From NCBI GenBank assembly GCA_040954595.2, contig CM082579.2, positions 678,922 to 742,921 of the forward strand: 64,000 bases of DNA, written 5' to 3'. Source of the DNA: Balanoglossus misakiensis. Lineage: Eukaryota > Animalia > Hemichordata. This document shows, piece by piece, positions 11,781 through 27,376 of this stretch (the stretch's first letter is position 1; each line of letters begins with the position of its first letter). The notes beneath the pieces are model-generated. The model saw nothing but the letters and a program-made list of their open reading frames with translations, ran no database searches and was not told the origin of the DNA. The translations under genes and the position numbers were made by a program.

Positions 11781-14700
11781 CTTTACTCTCACTAACGCTT
11801 TTTGGCTTCCTTTCATGTGTTTTGAGTTGTCAATCACCCGGTGAAGTTGACCACCTTTAATAACTTTTATCTGACTCCAACAAAATCAAGTAAATTATAC
11901 CAGGGCTGTTCGGTTTGATTAAAACGGGATATCGACTGAAATAATGATGGAGTACAGAAATTTCATCCAGATGACTCTGGATAAGTCTAGTTCAAGTAGA
12001 AATGGGGGTGACCATCCTGGTTTTCTCCCAAATATTGTCTTTTACTCATATTGAAAGGGGTAGGATGCCTCATGATGTAATACATTTATATATTTGTTCC
12101 ATTTCACTTTACTTATGATTTTTTTCTTGACACAGTTCTAATGGAGGATAATGCATAACAAGAAAAACAGGTGACAGTGAAGTCCAGAGGTCAGAAGTCA
12201 GAGGTCAGAGGTCAGATGTACAGAGGCGACAATAGTGAACAGCAACGGCCTAACAAAGGTAAACCCGGAGTATATCTCTACAGATTAAAATTAAGGTATT
12301 GAAGCGAGTGCGCGCGCATAAGGTCCCACTGGCTGCAATAATTGCAGCCCTTAATCACAGCCCCTCTGTGCCGGTCGTGTTCTGAAACTGGTCCTTGTCA
12401 GAGACAATGTTTTCCGTTTATCTAGGAAGACCCGTCGGCAGACATAAGAATTCTGGGAACTTTGCCTTTCCCTGAATATGAACCATGGCATACACACGCA
12501 TCGCAACTGTTTGCTTTTAATATAGGGAATGTGTTCAATGAATTGAGGGCAAATTGTCACCATTCCTCTCTATTCTATAATATGCCATTAGTTACAATAG
12601 TGTAAACCTGTTCAGCATAGCACAATGTTTAATGCATATTTGCTGTGTATATGTCAACGCTTCAGGCAACACCATAAGCGGATTTTTTTATTTTCTTATT
12701 GCGTCTGCTGGTGAGTTTACGCTCAGCTCGACAATAGAACAGGAACGAAATTGGATTAGGTCGTTTTTAATGATGGTTATTTCTTCGGCGAGTAACGTGA
12801 GCTAAATCTGAAATCAGCTTACTACTCAATATCGCTCAAGGCCCCATATTGCGTTGCTATGCGCACAGTCACACGTTTGCACACGACAGCTGCACAACCG
12901 TAGGATAGTACAAGACTTAACGGCTATCGACGTAAGGACTTTGTTATATATTAAAAGAGGCAAAAACATTATTTGTAACTTAATGAACTGCAAAGTATTT
13001 AATTCTGACAGAAAAGGTGGAAGGTGCACTAATGGTGGGCGGCCTCTATCGGTTAGGTAGATATTTCGCTTGTTTTTCTCCTGGTGTCGTGGTAATTTCC
13101 ATAGAGAGAGGTGAACCCTGTTACAGTCGTGTAATATATACCTGTGACAGTTTAGGAGATCGTTAAGCGTTATTGCAAAACTCTACATCATTATTCCGGG
13201 CATATTTAAGGTGAAGGATGAAGCAAGCCAAAGTTTGAATTCACATGGTGAAGTATTCCACGTAGTTGAGTCATGACTATCATCTCCCTGTGTTTTATAT
13301 CGCGAGCACATTAAGAACACTGCATGATAGATTTAAAGTTGTCACCGAAACAGTAGGTTGACTGGCGCAGTACACAGCATGCTTGATTAAACGTGTCTAA
13401 CATGGCTCTGTTACGTGTCTGTATTAATCATAGAGACATTCCGTTCACATAAGCAATACCACCTGTTCAGAGTTGTCAAACTTTGGTGTCAGGATTAGAC
13501 AAACCAGGTACTAGAATTATCTAACAAGTCTGAAAATTGAACAGTAAAGATGAAAAGGTGCCATAAATATGCCCACAACTGTTTAGTTGATATTTTGTAA
13601 TGATGATGTCATGAAGTGGAATATATATGCGATTTCCATTTTACATATCACCAAATAATAGTTCCAAAATCGAATACACGTTAGGCTAACCGACATCATC
13701 ACGGCGTGGCATTTTAATTATACGGAAAGTTGTTTTGCCATTTTGACCTTCAGCGTATCTATCACATGTTCTAGACGTCCAATCTTGCACGTCATGTTTT
13801 CCACGGAGAACTCAAAAGAATTATATCCAAGCGGTGCGTTATCTTTTGCCTTCGGGGATCAGCCAGGCATTGAAGCAGACTGAGTGAGTAGTCGAACCCG
13901 ACAACTATCAAAATGGTTGTAACGCCACATGAGACATCCTTGCTATTTCAATACAAACATCTCAATCTTAAAGAAGACGTTGACTGCATTCCTAACTAAG
14001 AAAGAAACTGCTTAGGTAGGATATTTTTACAGACTCCCAGACTTTTCTTTATTACTCCCTCAGCGCATGTAGGATAATATTGAAAGTATAGAACACTGGT
14101 GCTACTTTACTAAATTAAACAAACAGACTCTCTGAAGAGGAATCTTTCATTTCAGTATTTTTCCCCATTTTCCAATTATTATCATGTCTTTTTCTACTTC
14201 ATGCAACATATTAAAATTTGCCCACGTGTAATACTGCTCCCACAAATCCCTCTCGAGTGAACATCCAGAGAGTGACACAACTTGTATTGCCAGAAAGTTG
14301 TTCACTTAAGATCAATATGAGTAAAATTTGATGAAACCTTATGAAAGAGAAAAACACAAAGATGCCGCTACTGGGGCTACGCGTATAGGTCAAAGGTCAC
14401 ACGAAGCCAATTAAACATTCCTGCTTATAACGCGACTCTTGCTTTTTAACCGAATGTGTGCTTCCTTCTGTATAGTTGCGTGCATTGTGGGCTGTATTCA
14501 GAAAGTGCCGTTGTCCCAAACGCTTAAGCAGTCCACCCGATTGATCTCACTTAAGAACCTTTGTAATAAAGTAGAATTATACAGCTCTAGCTTTTAAGAC
14601 TACAACGAGGTGATGGCCCCTTTTAAGAAGCAAAAACTTCTATCATTCACAAGAGATTGGCGTTTTTCCTTGTTCCCACAGCTTCTTTGAACTGTGGTGT

Positions 14701-17088
14701 CAGTCATCGCTTGTGTCACAAGCTAGGCTTCGTATCTTGAAGATAGTGTAAAGGATATACATATGTCCGTCACAACATTATTAATTTAGAATTCTTGCAG
14801 TTGTAAATAACAGTATCAAAATGCTGTTCAATTTGAAGTATAGATGTTTCCCAACACACTTTATCCAAAATATAGTCATCCAAACACGTATACTGCAATA
14901 ACTTTCATTCCAATAAACCAGACTCATAATTACGTTACCCCGAAAACCTTAGAGAATCCCTGTATATAATAATCTTCACAAATTGAATTATTTTTCCCTT
15001 TTAAATCCGATGTGACACGACCTAGGGTCAGATTGATTATTCTATGTGATCTCTTTCTTTCAATTAAGTTTTTCAGACTATTGGTTCCACTGGACCAACC
15101 CTATGCCTTGTTTGCTTTGCCTTGCTTGTCAAAATATCCCTCCTTTATTTAAAGTATCACCGCGGGAATAAACGCGAAAGAAGGTCACAACGAGAATCTC
15201 TCTGTTTTTCTTTATGACAGATCGCCTGGGTCGATTCCATATGACGTCCACGTAGATTTTCCCCCTTCCCGACATTGCCTGAGAACACACTTTATTCTAT
15301 TTATTCGCGTTTCCATGGAGAGTCTAATTAAGCGTGTAGTTTCTGTGGGGAGTCACAGCACCCCTCAAACCTTCCATCTCTCCCAATATTGGAGGTTTTA
15401 AGACAGGCGTTCCTTTAGTTCGATGATATTTTACACATTATCCTTTTCTCGTCCCCTGAGCTACATATCAGCTGGAGTCCACATTATTCCTGCTATTTTA
15501 TGCTTTCACCGATTTCCTGTTCTACTGGGATTCGTGACCTGGTTTGTCTGAGAAAACGTATGCTCCAAATACCATAGCTCTCCTAATTGCCAGTATTATT
15601 TTAGGTTTGTTTAAATTACATTTCCAAATATACCAAACCATAAAGAAGACGTGTGTTATACTAATAAAAGCCAATAATCTAATTGGTGAGACCGTTTAAA
15701 TATGATAATCACTTAATTTTATGCTCTAATGATGAATTCGTCATTCTTTGGGGACTCCATTATAAATACATGTACATACACGAGAATTACTCATTTTTAT
15801 CTGTGTTGTAGCTGTAGGCCAGTAGTTTTTGGTGGTCCAAGGCATGCATTTGAATTGGCTATATTCTACTCTAAACAAGGAAATGGATTCAGAATTAAGC
15901 CACATCACTTGTACTTGCTAAAGGCATACAGGAAAGTGTTGTCTGTCGGTATCAGCGATCGGGAAACCACTCACCTGGAAAACGCGGTTAATTCGCTGTG
16001 AATGTATGCGGAATGAGAATATAGTGGAAACCCCATTTCTGATCGACCACAAGTAATGCACTGTATCAATGACCTTGACGTCAATGTAATCGCTTCAGTT
16101 TCACTTCCCAATTCCAGAGAAACGCTGCTGAGCAATCAGCGATTTGACGGAATGACTAATTCAGACAATAATATGAACAAATGCACTACAAGATAGAATA
16201 ACATTGATAATGATTGCGGCGAGTGAACAACTATAGTAACGTCAGAGATCGTTATCGTCAAGTCATAGAAAACGTTATAACTAGAAACGTCAGAATTTTT
16301 TTCAGACCACCATGCGTCCGTCTGTCCACCCGCTCCAACCACTCAGACCTCTACCCAACTTGAAAAATCCTCCCGTGCCATTAAATGAAATTCCCCGGTA
16401 TCCACAAATAGAACGTTTGCAGAATACGTTATGAGAATCCAAAATCGCTTTACAAACTATCACCAACCATATGGCAAGGCGCGGTTGTCTTTGTATCATT
16501 AGAGAAAACAAATTGAATTGTTGACGCGAAATAAATTCCTTCACAACATTCACAACAAACACCTGGCAGCTAGCTTTCAACCAGGAACAAATGTGTCTCG
16601 GCCCAAGTGTTCTTGAAACCAGCGAATTTACCAAAAGTGTCAAAGCAAATTTTAAAATGCGGTCGTTGACATTTAAGTGTGGAAGCGTATACGTGTCAGA
16701 AGACATGCATTCTGTGTTTTCGTGTAGAATTGAGTTTTAATGATGACGGATCTTTTTTAGAACCATTTCTTGTTTGCTGAACTTGACGGAAAGTATTCAC
16801 ACACATTCCACCAAATCAAATCAAGATTGACAAATTCACTGTCAAATGATACAATTAGAATATATTCGGTCCATTTGATTTCCCGCTGTTACTACCAATC
16901 AGGAACTTGATTTCTACTTTCATCAGGCAGGGTCGATGTACTTTTAATGCTGGTCATGAAATGGATTACATCTTTAGTAGGTTTATTTTATCATGATTAG
17001 CTCCTCCTGAGAAGCTGAAAGTGATAAGTCAATATCTGATTCCAAGAAGCGCATTAAAGTGAACAGCACTTAGAGAAGTGAAACGTCT

Positions 17089-17106
17089 GGGGGGGGGGGG
17101 GGGGGG
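17089..17106. repeat. G18 homopolymer
   Basis: A run of 18 G is directly visible. Confidence 0.9.
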
Positions 17107-20100
17107 AGAGATTAAAGGAACATTCTGCATTTACGGATGAAGTGACTTAACCTTCGGCATGGGCAATTTTAACGCAAAAAGGTGATTTTCTGCCATTAAG
17201 AACAATATCCGTGTCATATAATTTGTGCCACCTTAGCATATCCACTGAGATATGTTGATGAAACAATCTTGATAATGACTTTAGTTGATGGACAAATCGT
17301 GTAGAAGTTGATGTACATGTTTAGTTTGTGTGAACCGTTGGAAGAGTTTACAAGGTTTGAACGCGAAATGAGTGACGTGGGCGATAAGTACTATCCAGTT
17401 TAGAAGTGGCAGAATAACCCTGCCATGGTAACGGATTGACAGAATATGAGAGCTTTTAATGGATCGATGTCTGTCAATCAGTTTTCAATATGTCCGTCTT
17501 AATTATATCATGTGTACACAGAAATTTTTGTACACAGCCTCCCCATCTGTATTTGCATTTCCTCATTTGCATTTCATTTACACGTCCATTGTCTTATCTC
17601 GCACCTTCACTCCTCTTTTGTTTTCTGACACACCTGCCATTAGATGTACATTCCCCCTTTTGAATACCCCATAATAACTCTTCTGAGAGTATCACCCAGG
17701 TGCTCACCGCAGTAAATTATGTCTTAGTTCATTCAACATTTCGAAATACACAACGACTCATTACAATCACTTCTTTCGTTGTTGTCGCAACGGGATGCGA
17801 AACATGTACGTTAGACGAGCATTGAACGTTTATCATTACCCAGAATCGCTTATGTAAAGTGGCGTTTCACAAAAAAACATTGAAATAGGTTCATAATGAC
17901 GACCTGTACAAAATTCACACAAGAACTCTTGAATACACTCGACTACAAATGTTTCTTTTATATGAAGAGCAATAAAACCGCAGATGACGCACGCTCTCAG
18001 ACACAAACTATGAGACGAACCTGGTATTGATATACAGGGTTGAGTTGAAGAATTTGAAGATCGCCCTATAAACACAGAATACTAAATTTTGAAATCTGGA
18101 TACAGCTTTGATCTTTCAGTATTTACACCGTAAATTTCTTAAAATTGGCATTGGCATGTCTTGGCAAAGCAGTATCTGACAGACCAAAACCACTCTGCAA
18201 GCAGCTATGAAGCAACCATGTCAATCGACATGGTTATGGCATTTAGACAAATCGAAATAGGATCAATGTCATTCGTACAATTACAAGTTTTGTTCCCTTA
18301 TCCTCCTCCCAAAACGATTCTTTTCGATCTGCTCTGACTTAATTAACATTCTTCTTCATTGATTTTCCTTCAATAACACGAGATTCGGAGGCTTGACACA
18401 GGGATCTGGCTGGTGGCAATAATCTCTGAAATAATATTACTCCGCCCTTAAATCCGCTCTTGGCGTTTCACAAACTTTTATTAGCTATGATACGCCCAGT
18501 ATTTCTTATAATTGCAAATTTCATAGATTTCTCATATTTTATAGGACAGACGCGTTATAACCAGAACCTTGATTATAATTTTAAATTATTACAAACGATG
18601 GCAGTATAAGAAACAGTCCCCATTTTATTTCACATAAAATACGCCTCTAATATCAGAATTCAAATGCTTCCCAGGTTAAATTTGACTGCAGTTTTTATTT
18701 CAATTTAGCACCGAAGGATAAATTCATAAAAAAAATCACCACCGCTTATATTTTGTTTGAGAGTCTAATCAGATTGCTACTCGATGAAATCTCCACAATA
18801 AGATATACCGCTAAGCCATAATATACTGGTATTTAGGAGAAACCCTTGTAGCCTAAGGCTGTTTAATAATATGCCGTGTACTCTGTACATTGACCGTATT
18901 ATTTAACTATACCCTTCTGTTAGAATGCTGGCCCATTTTCTAGATTTCAATAGAGTTATATGTGTCAGACCATAATACGCGCAGTTGGGGTGGTATTTCC
19001 AACACAGATTCCATGCAGTCTATCTATACCATATACTTTGTGATAAATTCAACCCCGAACTCATTATATACTAAGATTTTGACTAAACATAAGTATTCCA
19101 CGGAGTTCTGTCTGGCTGTCACTCTCTCTCTTGAGGTCAAAGGTCATCTTTCCTGGGATGAACGATAATGATGCGTAATCTCCAAATGTAGGTCATTATC
19201 TTTAAACTGGAGATTAAGATTAACCATATATCTGTCCCGGATCGTGATATATCAGTCTAAAAATAATCGTGTGTCTATATGCACAAGAAGGGCAAGGTTA
19301 CAAGGGCACCTCGCATTACTTGTCAAATAGACATATTTAGAGATCGATCGCGTGGTTTTATTAAACATCTGAAGAAAGTACAAGGCGCAACACGCGTCTT
19401 AAAGTGCAACTGGAAAAAGAGACATAGAACGGAACTACTAAAATAAAATAAATTCGCACAATGAAATGAAAACCCAACAAAATTGACAGGAAATATTAGA
19501 AAATGTTATGTTTTGTATCAGTCAATAAATTTTAATTGCCTGAAGTGGTATGAGTAAACTGGCCAATAAAAACTTTAAAGCAAAGGCGGTAAGAAACGAG
19601 TTAAGAGCATTGGGAAAATATGTTAGCTGATGTATCTAATATTGAAGAAAGTGTTAGTCATGATTTGAAGTACAACAAATTTCCCGCGATTATCTTAAAC
19701 CGGATATTTGATTGAAACACCCTTCTCGGCTCTCTCTTGAAAATAAGAGGTTATTTTAGTTGGCTGCATTTAGAAGGAAACGGTCTCGTTTCGTAAATTA
19801 CAGAAGACTGCAAGTGATGTAGGGGTCTGTCTCTGCGTTTCAGAAACTGAAAGATTCATCCCACTTTCATTTTTGATCTAAAGTGAAGTTTATTGCATAA
19901 AGGAATACATGAATACAATCGCCTCTTATTTACATAAGCCCACATATGGTCAAAAGGGCGTGTCTAAATCATTGAATGGCATGTGGTGGCGCTCCCACTG
20001 AGAGAGTCTCAGAGAGATTATTCCATGACAGTGGAGAGATTTACTCAATGATAGAGTAATACTTTGAGGCGTTGCTGTGGTTTGCAGGCAAGGGAATTCA

Positions 20101-20199
20101 CCATTTGTCATGACTCCGTATGGAGTAAGACGTTGTTCACCAGAATCTTAGAACCACATCAATGACAATATAGACATTCAAAACTTTTGAACATGAACA

Positions 20200-20705
20200 T
20201 CTGGTTGCTACGGTAAAGAGGGACAACTGTGTTTTGCTCACAATTTCAAGTATGGTTATTTCTTCCACTTTCGCCTTAGGGTTTAAGTACAAGGTTGTCG
20301 TGGCAACCATTTAGCCTATTCCGGTCTCACGTGCCGGTTAAATTTGTTCGGCTCGGCTCGTTCGGTTAAAAATATAGACCAAGAATGCCTCAAGGTTATG
20401 GTTGAAGGAGTCTACTCTCACTTTGCCTCGCACGTCGTGATCTTATGAAACGCACACGCTTTCGCTTAAGTTAGACTGGTTGGAATGGCGCATGCGCGTG
20501 AATAGTGATCGCTGTCAGAAAAGAGATGACAGAGAGAGTCTGGCTGTGTATAGCTTATCGTGTGGCGTATAAACGTGACGCTTCCAACGTAGTCTATGTC
20601 GAAGTCGCTCTGAACACCTTTGAAATTATCCGCACGCAGACTGTATTGGGAATTTTACTTTAAAAGCGTGGAGATTATTTCGCCGATCGGAATTTCTGAG
20701 TGAGT
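20200..20705 (+). promoter_or_regulatory. Candidate promoter and non-coding first exon, possibly of the downstream GPCR
   Basis: The segment is locally CpG-rich, with an X-box-like GTTGTCGTGGCAAC (20294-20307), a perfect NRF1 site GCGCATGCGC (20488-20497) and a GTGAGT donor at 20700. Assignment to the GPCR is inference. Confidence 0.3.
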
Positions 20706-23061
20706 ATTTATATGGCATGCTCTTTGGATTTTATACTTCGCCCAACATTCAGACACTGTAGTATAAACCCACTGTATTGTGAAAACACGGATACAGCGGT
20801 TCGCAAAGTTGGTTCGCATAGAATTATGTTAACATGAATAGCGTTTGCTGTGTGTCATTGAAATGGGTCTCATCGATTGTGCTATGGCATGTATAGATTA
20901 GGAATTTGTGGTGAAGTGTGAACCTGAAATGAGGGAACTGACGGTTTTTACAGTTTGGACATGATGTCATGAGTTTCTTTTGTCATATGGTGGGCAGGGC
21001 CCTTTTTTCCCCTCGATTGACAACTTTTAAAACCAAATAATTTTACTTCACCTCTTGTTCGAGGATAGCTGAGAATTTTTACGTACTCAGGATTTTAACT
21101 CAACAAAAGCAAATAGCGTATAAAGCGAACCAGTCACTTCGTGTTTCTTTCAGATAAAAAGAAAAACGTGCTGTTAACATTCTTAAATTCAAATGTACAG
21201 CTCATACACGCCCATATGCGTGCCCGATCACGCAAATGCGCGCCAACAAAGTCTGTGTCAGAACGCATGAACTCAACACTCTATTTATATGAACATTTGA
21301 TTTTAAAACAAACTGAGTTTTTAACATTTGCTGAAGAGTGTCAAGTCAGTTGGCAATTCAAAGCAAAACGTGACAAGTGCGCACGCACGCCATACTCTGT
21401 CCATCTGCCATCTTCAGAAGCGCTTTCACACGTGACTTCAGCGAGCGCCAAACGTGACAGGTTAAGGTTCCCACCGGTTAATCTCGTAATGTTCCTTAGA
21501 AATAGCTAGGGACTTTGACCAGTGTATCACCACGCCGTCTGGGCGTTGTCTGCACTAAATCTCTCTGCAATTCCCAAGCTTTCTCTTGTACCAACTCTTC
21601 CCTGTATTAAGCATATGGTATTTATAACACACATGCGCCATGAGTCATGTTAACGTACATGTACATTACATTCAAAGTCTTGCCTATTATCTCCTAATTC
21701 GGTTCATTTTAATATACAACAGTCTTGCAGATCGAGCAACATATAAGTTCCAAGCTCTGGTTTGATTTTCATCTCATCATTTTTCAATGAACAGCAGTCG
21801 CCATTGCATTTTTCGAAGTGATGCGGTGTGCAGCGTCGAAACCCTTTCACATACAGCATACGTAAACCATAAATTTTCGCTAATACCGACATGAAATATT
21901 ACTCCGCTCTGTCTGGGTGCACGTGCTTTTATTGGAGTTCAGGAGAAAAACTTTGGTACATTTTCATCAGCCTTCCATCGCTGCTTTTCCCGATGAAATC
22001 GTTTCTGAAATTAATGAAGTCGCACTTTTTAAGAGCTCAATAAAAAGAAACGTCGTTGCGTAAGTTGGTTGAATAAAGATTTACAGCGTCGTTTAAGATA
22101 ATGCAACTCAAAGCTAGATTGGGAACAATTTACCGATGTGTCCATCTAGTAAGCTGCAAAAGATATACTCTACTGTTATCAGATTCTCAACACAAAACAG
22201 ACGAAATTATCTTTGTGGTTGCTTATTCGCGTTGAAATCATGGCTGTGGTCATTGCATTCAGGCACGCGTGTCGTCGACGATAGACAATATTATTTGGAT
22301 GAAATTCTGAAATGGTGGTGCAGATATCCATCTTAGCTGACTGTCACACTGAATGTGTAATCCAGGGTTGAGATAAACAGCATACAGGTATTATCATGGA
22401 GTTCCTGGAAAATGTAGTTTTTGTCATCCTTGTAAATTATGATAATATTATGTTTAGGGAGGGTCAGAGGTTACTGACGCGAAGTTACAGATAAAATCAC
22501 ACAGTTTCATGGACGTTCATGTTTGAAACCATGTAAGACTTTGTATGTTGCATTATGAATGGGTCCCTCCTAACATGTCTGGTTTCACAACATCAAAGTA
22601 ATTTTTCCAAAAATTATTATCATCGGAAACTGTATCGGTAAAATCAGGTTTATTATCTTGACAATTGCTAGCATTTTAGGAAAACTGTTTATTTGGTTAT
22701 TAAAATGGTTGTCATGGGAACGTGTAACTGCTGAATAGGTGCTTGGTTTTTATCAACAGTCATAAACATCTATATTGTAACTTTATGTGACTATGTACCA
22801 TTTGTATTTTTATACGGATTTTGTGGAAATTGCAATTTGATGATCAAAATCGTTGCCATGGATTCCATTTTGCACATAATAACCCTGTAGCATTTGGTGC
22901 TGACACAGTTTACAATACATTGAAGGAATCTGCATGTTTGGCATTTATTCAGCATGGATTGAACTTGTCATATATCAGGTCTAACATATCCATTTAGGTA
23001 AATTCTGACAGCAGTTTATATTGAAGAACACGTCCCAATTCGATAAAACTATGCGTTACTT

Positions 23062-23154
23062 TGAACCCTTCGACCACCATGGTTTGACCCAAATCCATTG
23101 TTTTCTATAGTACAGTTAGACCTCTATAGAGTGAACTGGGACTGAAAGGGTTAA
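23062..23154 (+). mobile_element. Third copy of the 85-bp piggyBac-type MITE (23066-23150)
   Basis: The sequence is TGAA-CCCTTCGACCACCATGGTTTGACCCAAATCCATTGTTTTCTATAG...CTGAAAGGG-TTAA, with the same length and internal sequence as 9216-9300. Confidence 0.85.
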
Positions 23155-26100
23155 AGCGATATTGCAATGAAACTAAAATGACTTACACACATTTCTGCGT
23201 TATGCAAATTATGACAGTTTTCCATGGATCATGTGATGAATACCATTCAATTTGTATTTTGCATCACAAATATCGTCGTGTTTTCAACAGATGCGGATAG
23301 GTGTAAATTGACCGACACAAATAGTTGTGTCGTTATCGATCGTCTATGGCCACAAACAGCTATTCGACGACAGGAACCGATAAATACGTCCGCGTTGGTG
23401 ACGAATGAATACCAACTTGATCCTCGGTGAAAATTTCCGCGTGACTATCCGTTGAAGTAACGAATATCTTACCTAGTGAGATCACCAGTCGATAATTGCA
23501 AGCTGCCAGAATTCTAGGCCTTTGTGCCGCTAGCTGGTAATACCATCTTGAGCAAGACGTATTGGAAAAGTTTTGCAGTGACACGCCGAGATTTACCTAA
23601 TTGGGAAAAGTAATTCAACATTATTCCCACAAGAACGGTAGCAAGCATCAAGATGAAATTGCTTACGCACAATCTGACAAATAAATCAACGAGTTAAAGA
23701 GTTGCAATGCAAACAGTCAGTGTTATGAGAAAACCGCCAAAGTTTACAAAAATAGACAATGATTTGTTCGGTTATTATTCATATAAGGTAATCAAATACC
23801 AGTTTTGTTATACAATCGCCAAATGAAGTATTCTTAAATGCCTATAAATTGTCACATCTGACTAATTTTGATATAAGCATTCATATATTGACCCCGTTTT
23901 TGTATAGACGGTAGGCAGGCAGACATTCCAATGATCCAATGAAGACGACAGGAAGGTGTAGACGCCAACACGTCAGGAGGTTTACCTATTCAAAAGACTG
24001 AGAAAACGTAATACTACATTAAAAGTAAACTGTGTTTTTGAAATGATCCTCAGATCGATAATGTAATTACAATCACAGTAAACTATTTAATTTTCATTTC
24101 GTAAACTACCGCAAAAACTAGTCTTACGTGAACCTTAATATCAAATCGATTCGTTGAAAGATTGATTTCCAAGTTATTTTCCACAGGTTATAGTCTTTAA
24201 CCATCCTAGCATTTTATAGCCGGACAGTTTGATTAGAACAACTGGTTTTATAGGATTCAAGGGACCTTCACATGAGTAGAAATAACGCAGCCTGTACGAT
24301 AACCTTCGCTATCAACCATGGTTTCATTAAACTATTAATCGAATGTTTCGTTATCCAAATCGTTGATCACAAAAACTTTAGAATCTTTTTTACAGCCATC
24401 CTACGGATCATATAGAGAAGTGTCGTATATTTGTAATTTGAATCGCGTTGAGATTTATCGCGTGTTACTAAGTTTTATTGAAGATACCAATCCTCCTTCA
24501 GAACGACTGAAATTATAACGTGAAGTTCTGTTTTTCAAGTACGTGTATGAACTGGTCGGGTTAACTGCGATCAACCTGTGCCTACATAAAACTGAGCCAG
24601 CGTGCAGATTAAACATATAATGTATATGACATAATAAAATACTAACCAATTGCTACCGCATTAACTTCTGTCGCTAAGGATATATCGATTGAGAACTGGC
24701 CGCAACAAAATCACACATATAAAAGGGTAGGCATGATTTTGTCGCCCAAGCTGACACACATCAAAGGACGAAAGACAAATAATCTGTACATTGCACCATT
24801 CACCCAGATTTTAACTTAATGCCATGTGTTCAAAGGTATTTATTTTACTAACCCCACCCTTGTAGTATTTGAATACACGACGTGTCGGGTCGAAATTGCC
24901 TCTATTTCAGTCCTGATACACTGTATTTTCACACAAACAACCTGTTTTAAGGCTTTTGTATGATTGAATATAGAAAGTTGAGTCTTTTGGTATCCTCATG
25001 TGATAGTTCACAAAGATTTAGACAAATATAACGCCAGACCATCATTTCCAAAATTGAAAACCCGCATACATGTATTCTAACCAACCAATTGACAGACACA
25101 TGCATACCGATTAATTTGAAGATTCTTGCAAAAAGATGTGATATTGACAATCAAAATATCAGTATACAGGATTCACATTTTATCACAGACATTTCATGTC
25201 TTCATGTGTACTTTGTAACATAAACATTCTGCTGAACACGTGTTGCGATTTTCAATAGTGCCGTTAAATCGATAATAATATCTGTCAAAATAAGCAAGTG
25301 AAATATTCCCATCCAGGCATTGATCATCTGTAAAGATCTGTGATTCGCTCCGCGTACCATTCTATCATCCGACAAAGATTACTTTTAAGACACCAATTAC
25401 CTCAACCATATTGAGGGCATAATTAAAAACTACCACATGTGTAGTCGTGAATAGTATATGGCGATCAGAATCATATTGATTTACAACCAGTTCAGTATTA
25501 TGAGAGGAAGGGAGGGATTCAAAGTAGTTCTTAACGATTTTAAAACATGGGGATGCCATTATAATATCTGCAATGAAGGAAGAGGTAACCTCTTATAGGT
25601 TAGTAGTATCTTCGTTTTGACATTTCTAACTGGATAAATCCCAAAGTCGGTTAATTATCCGCAGTACTGAGACAATGTTCTTTGTGGATTGTGAAATTCA
25701 CTTTACGGAGTCAGGCTGTCATGTCAATCAAGACTTCGGCTTTCTTTGTGGCTGCATGCTAGCCATTCAGCGAGAACTATCCAGTCACGTGGCTCATTTG
25801 AAAATAGTCACGCACTGAGCTTGGAAAGGAGGAATGTGATTTGAGATTCAGGTATGCCGTTCCGTTATAAGTTCGTGCTGTGTTGTGTCTACACTGCCGA
25901 GCGCGAATCAGACAAACTGCATGATTCAATATTACATGTGAGATCAGGTGGGATGTGTGGGTAATTTAACTCATAACAATCATATCGCGTCTGCTAAGAA
26001 TAACTTGCTTTAAATAACCTCCGCAGAATTCTCAACTCATGCAAAATATGCTGATTGTAGACGATTAAAAAGAAACCACCGATTTCACGTATCTTTGTCA

Positions 26101-27290
26101 GATTGATGTTACAGATAGTTGCAGGCGTGTTGGATACAATCACAACGAAGATTTTCCAACCGATAAAGCATGGATGACTCATATAACATTTTGGTTTATA
26201 ACTCCTCAATCCGCTGAGGTACACCGGGACTATATTATCCCGTTTAACAAAACAAATACCTCTGTCCCGTAAATGACGTCATACTATAATTTGTCTGGTT
26301 TATTTTTGCTTTCCAATTTGAGATACGCAGCCAATTTTATATCATCCCCGTGTTGGCATTTTGTAAATGGCAAAGGAATTGAAATTCGATGTGATTTGAC
26401 GGTTCTTGTGATTTCCTGTTCTTGGTTGAACAGTAATCTTTGGCAATACTCCCACTGTTGCCCGTCAGCAAAGTAGAGTAATTACCCAAAGTGTCATTTA
26501 TCGGCAAAGAATTCTCGCTGTTACAAAACATCCATCCGTTAGACGTCTGTAGCCAGAATCTTCGTGACCGTGCTATGCACGCCTATTTTCATTTCCGCCG
26601 AAAATAGACCGAAATCTGTGATTGCGTGAGAACTGGCGGCTGTAGAGACACGGCAGTTATATTTCCGTCCATTCTGACATAGTTTACGGTTTGAGAAGCT
26701 GACTTTTCATGGTGGAGATGAAACAGAACTACCGGCAAGATTGTGAAACTTGGAAACGCTAAAGGCTATGATAGTGTGAGAAATCTAGTCAACGAAGTGC
26801 ATGCTTTTGGGAAATAGATCCGAAAATCGTGACCTGAATTAATACAGTGCCATTTTACACAAACTTCACTCACTCCGCACAGAAACAGTATTTTCCCCGT
26901 TCTGTATTTAACGATTAAGTACAATATAATCGACACCGTTCTGTTGTCCATGAAACTAATTTGCACTATACGTGTATGATGGTTTATGGTGAATAATCTC
27001 TGGTGACAATTTCCCCACATCTAATGGACTTACACTCGAGGAGGCTGACGCTATGATGGTTGTATTTGCGTCTGAAAAGTGTCATATAAATAAAACAGAT
27101 GTCTATCAGTTGGCTCATTGAAGTGATGTAATGCAAAGTGTGCAAGTACGAAGAACGTAAATCAAGACCGTTACACACTTATTATCAGATAATTTGAGAA
27201 AACAGACGCCGTGAATACAAGAGTAATGCCCTGCAGATTTTTTTTTGTATATACACTTATAGTTCGAGGCTGACCCCTCCATCCATCCAT

Positions 27291-27376
27291 TGAATGAATG
27301 AATGAATGAATGAATGAATGACCCAACCAACTTAAAAACTTCCGATAAATGAGTGAATGAATGAATGAATGAATGA
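27291..27376. repeat. (TGAA)n microsatellite, two tracts
   Basis: GAATGAAT runs are visible at about 27291-27321 and 27346-27376. Confidence 0.9.

Noticed and set aside
18704-18722. REST/NRSE-like TTTAGCACCGAAGGATA upstream of a neuronal-type receptor
   Set aside because: The spacing is non-canonical and there are several mismatches, so it is compatible with chance.
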